This document shows, one piece after another, positions 58,271-64,000 of a stretch of 64,000 nt of DNA. Every line of letters starts with the position of its first letter. Positions within the stretch are counted from its first letter, which is position 1. The DNA comes from a virus: IMG/VR virus record IMGVR_UViG_3300044769_000143; one strand, written 5' to 3'. The notes below the pieces were generated by a model. It saw only the letters and a program-made list of their open reading frames with translations. It was not told the DNA's origin and made no database searches. Both the position numbers and the translations under genes were made by a program.

Positions 58271-58669
58271 ATGATAATCTTCCGTACTGTGTTTGGTACG
58301 ATTTGGTTATTACTAGCGAGCTCCTGTCTTCCGCCGGTGACGCAGGCACAACTGTTCGCCATTCAGCTTATCACGACAACAGATCGTGTGGTTGATGCAG
58401 CAATTGCTTCTAATCATCGGGTGGATCAGGCAGCACTAGCAACACAAGCAGCACGGTCAATTGCAGAACTATTATCACACAGATATCCGAATGCTAAACA
58501 GTTAGGCATTGCTGTTGCTATCGTAGATATATCACTAACTGGTCTTGCTAATGGCCCAGGAATGCATACATCAGTACGGGAAGCACAATCCGCTCTGCTC
58601 ACATTGCGTATGGAAATGGCCCGCCGTCGGTGGATCATATTTCCTAATGTGGGTAATCGGGTTTATTAG
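58271..58669 (+). CDS. Secreted/anchored hypothetical protein
   Basis: 132 aa. N-terminal hydrophobic segment FGTIWLLLASSCLPPVTQAQ. Confidence 0.5.
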   Translation: MIIFRTVFGTIWLLLASSCLPPVTQAQLFAIQLITTTDRVVDAAIASNHRVDQAALATQAARSIAELLSHRYPNAKQLGIAVAIVDISLTGLANGPGMHTSVREAQSALLTLRMEMARRRWIIFPNVGNRVY

Positions 58670-58672
58670 GCC

Positions 58673-58709
58673 CCTCTAGCATTTGGTTCCGGGGGGATGC
58701 TAGAGGTTT
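58673..58709 (+). terminator. Terminator hairpin 1 at the end of the late operon
   Basis: CCTCTAGCAT / ATGCTAGAGG (10 bp), 14-nt loop, followed by TTTG. Confidence 0.5.
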
Positions 58710-58750
58710 GGGTCCGGTTGGTTACTCATGGGCCGACCGGACCCCTTTTA
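58710..58750 (+). terminator. Terminator hairpin 2
   Basis: GGGTCCGGT / ACCGGACCC, followed by CTTTTA. Confidence 0.5.
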
Positions 58751-58916
58751 CTCCTGCCGGCACGCTACCGGCTACCGGCTACCGGCCACGGTTGGCCGGT
58801 AACGTATGCGGCAGCCCCTACAGACGACAAACGGCGGCAGCCCCTACCCGGTACCCTACCGGGCGGCCGGGTGCCGTAAAACGGCCCGCCAGGGGCCAGT
58901 ATCCCAAGGAGGACAA

Positions 58917-59048
58917 ATGGTGTTGAGCGCTCAGTTGCTACTCGTCATCGTGTCAATGGTACTAGCGATTGTTTCGTTCTTTGACAACCGCTATCCGGTA
59001 CTGAATATCGCCGTGTTCCTGCTCGCACTCGCACTGATCGTGCGATAG
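58917..59048 (+). CDS. 43-aa two-helix membrane protein (holin-like candidate)
   Basis: MVLSAQLLLVIVSMVLAIVSFFDNRYPVLNIAVFLLALALIVR. Strong SD AAGGAGG 5 nt upstream. The track ORF starts further upstream in a non-coding repeat region. Confidence 0.5.
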   Translation: MVLSAQLLLVIVSMVLAIVSFFDNRYPVLNIAVFLLALALIVR

Positions 59049-59053
59049 GGTGA

Positions 59054-59073
59054 AGGCCGGTGACGACCGGCCT
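59054..59073. terminator. Hairpin between convergent genes
   Basis: AGGCCGGT / ACCGGCCT, 4-nt loop, between the stops at 59048 (+) and 59079 (-). No U-tract. Confidence 0.4.
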
Positions 59074-59078
59074 CCCTC

Positions 59079-59288
59079 CTAGTTTGTCGGTCCTACCCAT
59101 ACCTGCATCGTGCCGCCGCAGTACGAACAGTCGTCCCACGGGTTATCAGTACACTTACACTCGGGATCAACTTTGCCGCATGTCTTGCACCTCTCCACGC
59201 CGTACCCTCCACACGCTGTGCATCCTGTCCAGTGACCTTCGGCAATTACCATCGTCGGCGGCGGTTCTGGCGAGGTTGGATTAATCAC
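59079..59288 (-). CDS. Small DnaJ-type zinc-finger-like Cys-rich protein
   Basis: 69 aa with CTACGGYG, CKTCGK and CSYCGG (CxxCxG repeats). Confidence 0.5.
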   Translation of the reverse strand: MINPTSPEPPPTMVIAEGHWTGCTACGGYGVERCKTCGKVDPECKCTDNPWDDCSYCGGTMQVWVGPTN

Positions 59289-59496
59289 TCGATACCTTCT
59301 TTGCGAACACGTTGATATCCAGTGTTACCAGCTTGTCCATGTTGTTATTCCTCCGGAATTGGGCTATCTCCTCGAACGTCTGCGCTAGCCCACGCAGAAT
59401 CGCTTCCTGGTACGTGTTCGCCTCGATCACATCACTGTGTTCGTGCGTTCCACCTTCAGGCGTGTTGATAATCACTTGATACTGATACTTAGACAC
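59281..59496 (-). CDS. Hypothetical protein
   Basis: 71-aa ORF abutting the SNF2 stop. Confidence 0.5.
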   Translation of the reverse strand: MSKYQYQVIINTPEGGTHEHSDVIEANTYQEAILRGLAQTFEEIAQFRRNNNMDKLVTLDINVFAKKVSSD

Positions 59497-61056
59497 TCAC
59501 CCTCCCAGTTCAGATAGCCACGCGGCCGATGTCATCTGGGCTACCTCATTCTTTGCAGCTAGCCGCTTCACAATACTGAAGTCGATCGTTCGCTGTCCCT
59601 TCGGGCCAACGGCGATGACATCGAAATAGTTCACAGGGTGCATCTGGCCGGGCCTATGAACTCTATCCTCGGACTGCAGCCGTGTAATCAGCCTCCAGTA
59701 GTTGCTGATGTACAACACGGTACTCGCAGAAACTAACGTCAACCCCATACCGCCAGAAGCGGGATTTCCTATCACCGCCACCGGTCCTTTTGGAGCCGTT
59801 CGAGGGTCTAAGAGCTGGATAGCTGCTTGGCGCTCCTTCTCAGACTGGCCGCCCGCGATACGTCCCACTTCTACGTCCGGTAGTAGCAACCGGAACGCGT
59901 CGATCAGGTCGAGGATTTCCTTGGTAAACCGGCTCCAAATCACACACTTGAAATTGGGATCTTCGGCTAACCTATCCCGGTACCAGTCAATCACCGCCAT
60001 ACGCTTCTCGTCGCCAACCGTTTGGTTAGACTCGACGTGCTCACTGCTTTCTACTAGCTCGCCGTTCGCGTCGAGCTTTTGGCCAGCCACGCCTCCCAGA
60101 TAACCTGACGTGATCTGCTGCAGGCGGATCGCCCTCACCGCGGCGTGTGTTGAGACACTGGCCTCGTTCGACCCAAGCCACGCTATGAAGTCGTTTTCCA
60201 TGTCCTTGTACAGTTTCCAGGTCTTCGGGTCGAGGGTGACCTGGATATTAACCGACGGGATCTTCGGCGGCAGGTCCAAACACTGTTCCTTCAGCCGCCG
60301 TATAACGAACGGCGCCATTTTCGCCTGTATCTGATCGACAAACCGCCACGACAAGATCTGCCGCCCTTGCCACCCACCTTTCACCGCGTAAATCGCATCG
60401 AACTGATGCTTGTTTTTGCACGCGAGTATGTCCGGGTTCATGATATACGCTTGGCTGAATAGGTCTCCGAGACCTTCAGTCAACGGCGTGCCGTTCAGCA
60501 GAACCACCCGGCCACAGTTCTTACGCAGAATACGGATAGCCTTAGTCTGCTGCGCGCTGTGATTCTTGACGTACGAGCTTTCATCCACTACTAATAGCGT
60601 CTTCGGCCCGACAACCTTACCCATCTTGGCAAGGTTCTCTTCATTACGCAGGAACTCGTAGTTCGTAACGACTACCCGGAGCCGGTTTTCATCTTCCGTG
60701 GTTTTCCAAATACGTATCTTGTTCCGGAACTCCGCTACCTGTAACGGAAAGTCGGGCCACACGTGCTTCGCCCATTCACCCAGAACCGGATCAAACCACA
60801 CGCTCCGCACGGCGCTTGGACACGCAATCACTACCCGGTTGATCGTGCCCTGGATAAACATTGTCTGCGCCGCGTCAATCACCGTCTTTGTTTTACCCAG
60901 CCCCATCTCATCGGCTAGTAACAGGTACGGTGTGACGATCAGTTTGTACACGCCATCTATCTGATGAACGTACGGCGGGAACGGCGCGTTCTTTGTCAGA
61001 TATTCTGTTAACTGCGCTTTGTAAATCGTCTCCCTTTCAGCGATTGAACTTGCCAT
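59497..61056 (-). CDS. SNF2/Rad54-family helicase
   Basis: Motif I LADEMGLGKT, motif II LVVDESSYVKN, motif VI SEDRVHRPGQ. Confidence 0.85.
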   Translation of the reverse strand: MASSIAERETIYKAQLTEYLTKNAPFPPYVHQIDGVYKLIVTPYLLLADEMGLGKTKTVIDAAQTMFIQGTINRVVIACPSAVRSVWFDPVLGEWAKHVWPDFPLQVAEFRNKIRIWKTTEDENRLRVVVTNYEFLRNEENLAKMGKVVGPKTLLVVDESSYVKNHSAQQTKAIRILRKNCGRVVLLNGTPLTEGLGDLFSQAYIMNPDILACKNKHQFDAIYAVKGGWQGRQILSWRFVDQIQAKMAPFVIRRLKEQCLDLPPKIPSVNIQVTLDPKTWKLYKDMENDFIAWLGSNEASVSTHAAVRAIRLQQITSGYLGGVAGQKLDANGELVESSEHVESNQTVGDEKRMAVIDWYRDRLAEDPNFKCVIWSRFTKEILDLIDAFRLLLPDVEVGRIAGGQSEKERQAAIQLLDPRTAPKGPVAVIGNPASGGMGLTLVSASTVLYISNYWRLITRLQSEDRVHRPGQMHPVNYFDVIAVGPKGQRTIDFSIVKRLAAKNEVAQMTSAAWLSELGG

Positions 61057-61143
61057 GATGACTCGGCCCTTCCCACCCTACTTTGGTTTCGAGGGTTGCA
61101 TAATACTTGAGAGTAGTCTCGCTAACGTGATCTTCGCCCTTAA

Positions 61144-61172
61144 CTAAAAAGATCCGCCGTATCAGGCGGATC
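61144..61172 (-). terminator. Rho-independent terminator candidate after the exonuclease gene
   Basis: GATCCGCC / GGCGGATC, 6-nt loop. On the minus strand it is followed by TTTTTAG. Confidence 0.45.
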
Positions 61173-61210
61173 AGGGTCGCAATGGGTTTCATAACCCCTC
61201 CTGTGATAAC

Positions 61211-61247
61211 CCGTGGTACCCTAGCCCACTAACTTAGGGTACCACGG
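61211..61247. repeat. 13-bp perfect inverted repeat CCGTGGTACCCTA-N11-TAGGGTACCACGG
   Basis: Arms at 61211-61223 and 61235-61247, 8 nt past the exonuclease stop. Carries the GGTACCC word common in this phage's regulatory regions. Confidence 0.65.
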
Positions 61248-61254
61248 ATAAAGC

Positions 61255-62121
61255 CTAGAACGGTTGGACCTCCCCGGTCGCTTCCGGTGGAGCACTCGGC
61301 AGCTTTCCCTCGAGCGCGTCGCGAACTATGCGCTTGACGTCAGCTGAAAAATCCCCGTTAAGCATCCACTTGAGGTAGCCGGGGTCGGAATCCATCCGTT
61401 GACCCTTGAGCTTCCCGAAGTTGAAACACGCTCGCCCGTTGATGAACCGGAATTTACCGGAGTCATCAATTTGACACGGGTCGCGCGGAAACAGCAGTTC
61501 ACCGAGTTCAGTGACAGTTTGCGGTAGGTTTGGCTGACGAAGCATTCCCTGTAAGGCGAGCTCCGTGCCGCGTACATCCGCCATAGCGTCGTGGGCGTTT
61601 TCCATTTTCCGCCCACCCCAGTGTTCTACGGCATCCGACAGAGTCCTTGGTTCGAGGATCTGCCATAGACGGAGACCGCAAATAACACTGGCCTTGCTGT
61701 AGTCGAAGGCCATCTCGCAGCGAGCGAACTCTTCCTTGATGAGAGGAAGATCGAATCGTTTGAGATTATAGCCAGCGAAGTCGGCACCGACGAATGTGGT
61801 GAACAATGGCTTCGCCACTTCGCAGAACCGTGGGATTGGACGCCACTTTGGACAGGCTTCAGACGGGTGCTTGTCGGCGTTGTGTCCGCACCGAGCGCAG
61901 CCCGCTGTGATTAGCTCGTCCGTGTAGCCTCTTTCCTCGAAGAACGGTTGTCTCGGGATTGAAACTTCTGGGTTGATGTACGTGTAATGCTCTTCCTCAG
62001 TACCATCAAGGTTGTAAACCTTCAAGGCGATTTGGAAAACCCGATCCTTCATCGGATTTGATCCAGTAGCTTCGAGGTCAAACAAAACTAACGGACGCTC
62101 TAATCTCAGACCAAGACTCAT
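61255..62121 (-). CDS. DEDDh (DnaQ-like) 3'-5' exonuclease
   Basis: ExoI VLFDLEATG, ExoIII HDAMADV. Has a Cys/His-containing insertion (CARCGH...H). Confidence 0.7.
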   Translation of the reverse strand: MSLGLRLERPLVLFDLEATGSNPMKDRVFQIALKVYNLDGTEEEHYTYINPEVSIPRQPFFEERGYTDELITAGCARCGHNADKHPSEACPKWRPIPRFCEVAKPLFTTFVGADFAGYNLKRFDLPLIKEEFARCEMAFDYSKASVICGLRLWQILEPRTLSDAVEHWGGRKMENAHDAMADVRGTELALQGMLRQPNLPQTVTELGELLFPRDPCQIDDSGKFRFINGRACFNFGKLKGQRMDSDPGYLKWMLNGDFSADVKRIVRDALEGKLPSAPPEATGEVQPF

Positions 62122-62573
62122 GTTTCACCTTTTGTTAGCCAACCCCAACATTTTCCAGACCAAATGTTGCGAATTGTTTGAGTGGTGACAAGATAAGAAT
62201 CTGCAAGTTCTCTTGTAGATTCTTTACTCTTGAAAATTTCAATCACTTCCTTTTCAGTTAAAGCTGCTGAACGTTGATTTTCGCCACGAGGTGTTCTACC
62301 TTTACGAATTGCATCATGAAAATTGTCTTTGGCTGTTCCAAGAAACAAATGATCAGGATTCACACAAATTGGTATATCACATGTGTGACAAACGTATTGA
62401 CCATTTGGAATTGGACCATTTACCAATTTCCATGAAAAGCGATGGGCACCTTCGTAATTAAATTGCCCATATCCATAATGGTAAAGACATCCTGTCCACA
62501 ACCAACATTCAGTTGGCCCTTTCTTATCAACGTGTTTCCAAAATCGAACCTCTGGTGGGATTAATTTTCTCAC
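62118..62573 (-). CDS. HNH homing endonuclease (paralogue family A)
   Basis: CWLWTG...GYGQF...AHRFSWKLVNGPIPNGQYVCHTCDIPICVNPDHLFLGTAKDN. AT-rich island. Confidence 0.85.
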   Translation of the reverse strand: MRKLIPPEVRFWKHVDKKGPTECWLWTGCLYHYGYGQFNYEGAHRFSWKLVNGPIPNGQYVCHTCDIPICVNPDHLFLGTAKDNFHDAIRKGRTPRGENQRSAALTEKEVIEIFKSKESTRELADSYLVTTQTIRNIWSGKCWGWLTKGET

Positions 62574-62809
62574 TATTCTACCTTCTTTATATCAATACAT
62601 CGAAGACCATCTCCACCATGGCCGTCTGCTACAGGTTCAAAATCCAATACACAACCTTCTTGAAGAAGGTCAAATGTGCCAGGAACGGAGAAGTTCTTGG
62701 CATGCATGAACCGCGTTCGTCCGTCAGTGTCCCGTATGAAACCGAATCCCTTGTTAGGGAGGAGACGAATCACAGTTCCTTTCATTCTTTTGGTGTTATC
62801 CGTGTTCAT
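62573..62809 (-). CDS. Cold-shock-domain protein
   Basis: KGTVIRLLPNKGFGFIRD... (RNP1-like KGFGFI). Start uncertain (62809, 62785 or 62824). Confidence 0.7.
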   Translation of the reverse strand: MNTDNTKRMKGTVIRLLPNKGFGFIRDTDGRTRFMHAKNFSVPGTFDLLQEGCVLDFEPVADGHGGDGLRCIDIKKVE

Positions 62810-63227
62810 CCTCGAGCCTCTCAATTTCAGACTGAATGTACCAGAGGGCCTTCCGGAGGTCTGTAAGTGTGTGATCTGATTTCTTTCCAGCTCGGCAGAT
62901 GTACTTTGTCGCGTTTCCCAAACGATAGTTCAGGCCCCACGCATCGCACACCTTGATATGTTCGTACGGATTTTCACCGCCACCGTAGTGGGCAGGGTGA
63001 TTCACCATTTCGAGATCTTGACGCTGCTCGGCGAACGCTTTGTCTGCATCCTTACCGAAGTAAACAGTTGCTGTGAAGATCTTCTGTTCGAACTTCTCAC
63101 ACTTGCAATCAAGTCGATTGCATTCTCCAGAACGGTTGGGGAAATTGTGGTCACGCTTTGGGTGACCACAGATGCAGAGACGTGCTTCATCTACCAGTGC
63201 TTCTAGTTCATTCCGCGGATCACTCAT
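62796..63227 (-). CDS. DUF3310-family protein with N-terminal zinc-finger region
   Basis: HPAHYGGGENPYEHIKV...NATKYICRAGKK...DLRKALWYIQ matches the DUF3310 pattern. N-terminal CICGH...CNRLDCKC. Confidence 0.6.
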   Translation of the reverse strand: MSDPRNELEALVDEARLCICGHPKRDHNFPNRSGECNRLDCKCEKFEQKIFTATVYFGKDADKAFAEQRQDLEMVNHPAHYGGGENPYEHIKVCDAWGLNYRLGNATKYICRAGKKSDHTLTDLRKALWYIQSEIERLEDEHG

Positions 63228-64000
63228 TCATTTCATCCTTCGCAGGAGCCACTCGCGGCCCGCAATAGTCCAGTCACACACCTGTGCATCGTAGAGAACG
63301 TCAAACGCTTCCTTTGGGAAACCTTGACGATACATTTGGTGTGCCCACATCATTCTGTGGCACATCGCGCCCCACTCGCTATCACAAGTGAAGAACTGCC
63401 GACTCGGCGGCCGATTCACATACGCTTCACTATCCGCACACGCAAGCACGTTGTGAATCTGCACGTCTACATCTTCCGGCATACGGATCGTGCCGGTTTG
63501 ATACCCACGCCATTTCTCATCCACGATCGGCAGACATTTGTTGTACTGCTCTTCGTAGGCGTGGTAATTCACCGAAATCTGTGTGTACTTACCAACCTGA
63601 AAGCCGGTCTTCACCGCCACGTATTCGAGGAGGAATCCGAAGTGAACAGCGTTCGCTCCGTACGTTCCCCAAATTATGTCGTTAGACCTACAGAACACAG
63701 TCATGTTCAGCTTGGACCACACCGGGTCAATCTGGAATGTGGCTACCAGATTGCACGGAACAGCCTTTCCCTTCCGGCCCAGGTCTACCTTGGGATCCCA
63801 CATCTGCAGAACACACTGTCGGTCGATTGGATCAGCCTTCAGCTGCTGAATGATCTGCGCGATCTGGTTCCGGCCGAAGTGTTCTCTCCAGCGGTACCCG
63901 TAGGCATCGTGGAGAATTTGTCCATCGTCGGAATAATTCAGCATGTTCTTGGCGTAGCGGGCGGGACCTCCCACGTCCCGCCTGCCGTCCAACATCCACA
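63228..64000 (-). CDS. Thymidylate synthase (ThyA)-family enzyme, divergent, 5' end probably beyond the window
   Basis: Aligns to ThyA at YGYRWR, DPIDRQCVLQMW, AVPCNLVATFQ (catalytic Cys), CRSNDIIWG..GANAV and YHAY. About 55 N-terminal residues expected from ThyA are missing, and the frame is open to the edge. Has a C-terminal extension of about 90 aa. Confidence 0.65.
   Translation of the reverse strand, partial: WMLDGRRDVGGPARYAKNMLNYSDDGQILHDAYGYRWREHFGRNQIAQIIQQLKADPIDRQCVLQMWDPKVDLGRKGKAVPCNLVATFQIDPVWSKLNMTVFCRSNDIIWGTYGANAVHFGFLLEYVAVKTGFQVGKYTQISVNYHAYEEQYNKCLPIVDEKWRGYQTGTIRMPEDVDVQIHNVLACADSEAYVNRPPSRQFFTCDSEWGAMCHRMMWAHQMYRQGFPKEAFDVLYDAQVCDWTIAGREWLLRRMK

Noticed and set aside
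58697-58926. Track ORFs 58697-58879, 58708-58926 and the 58806 start of the 80-aa ORF.
   Set aside because: They lie in the repeat-rich spacer behind two terminators, are Pro/Gly/Arg-rich and lack an SD. Only the 58917 ATG has a strong SD and yields a coherent membrane protein.
61037-61192. 51-codon ORF with a strong SD between the exonuclease and SNF2 genes.
   Set aside because: I did not list it as a feature because a good intrinsic terminator lies inside it and its peptide has no recognisable character. It is reported as an unresolved conflict in the findings.
1-64000. Prophage status or integration module (integrase, repressor, att sites) and flanking host genes.
   Set aside because: I recognised no integrase, recombinase or CI-like repressor, and no host housekeeping genes. 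Lifestyle cannot be inferred from this window. A DNA polymerase gene is also absent and may lie outside the window.

Overview
All calls here come from reading the sequence and ORF translations by eye; no searches or computations were run. The window looks like most of a tailed dsDNA phage genome of siphovirus type, with no recognisable host genes. It has four blocks. (1) 1-19.5 kb holds about 55 short leftward genes for replication and recombination: a gp2.5-like SSB candidate, a Prim-Pol/VirE primase-helicase, an ATP-dependent DNA ligase, a UvrD-like helicase, a P-loop kinase and a ParB-like protein. HNH endonuclease genes interrupt this block, and a conserved promoter/5'-hairpin/SD cassette recurs at least 8 times. 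(2) 19.5-23.2 kb is an unusually large, mostly non-coding hub dense with repeats, plus three small rightward genes and an HNH gene. (3) 23.2-59.0 kb is one rightward late operon. It runs terS candidate, TerL, portal, DUF2213-like protease/scaffold, decoration protein, HK97-fold capsid and connectors. A four-gene cassette follows (GT-A glycosyltransferase, SAM methyltransferase, radical SAM enzyme, double GT-B glycosyltransferase). Then come a gp10-like protein, the tail tube, G/GT chaperones with a canonical -1 frameshift site, a 1647-aa tape measure, and a very large fibre/spike locus with a beta-helix protein, a glycine-rich solenoid protein and a glycosidase. (4) 59.1-64 kb is leftward: SNF2 helicase, DEDDh exonuclease, HNH, cold-shock protein, DUF3310 and a ThyA-like enzyme cut by the window edge. 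I saw no tRNA, rRNA, CRISPR array, integrase, repressor or DNA polymerase. The best candidates for new biology are the glycosyltransferase/methyltransferase/radical-SAM cassette inside the virion operon, the two promoter classes, and the 1.5-kb non-coding hub.
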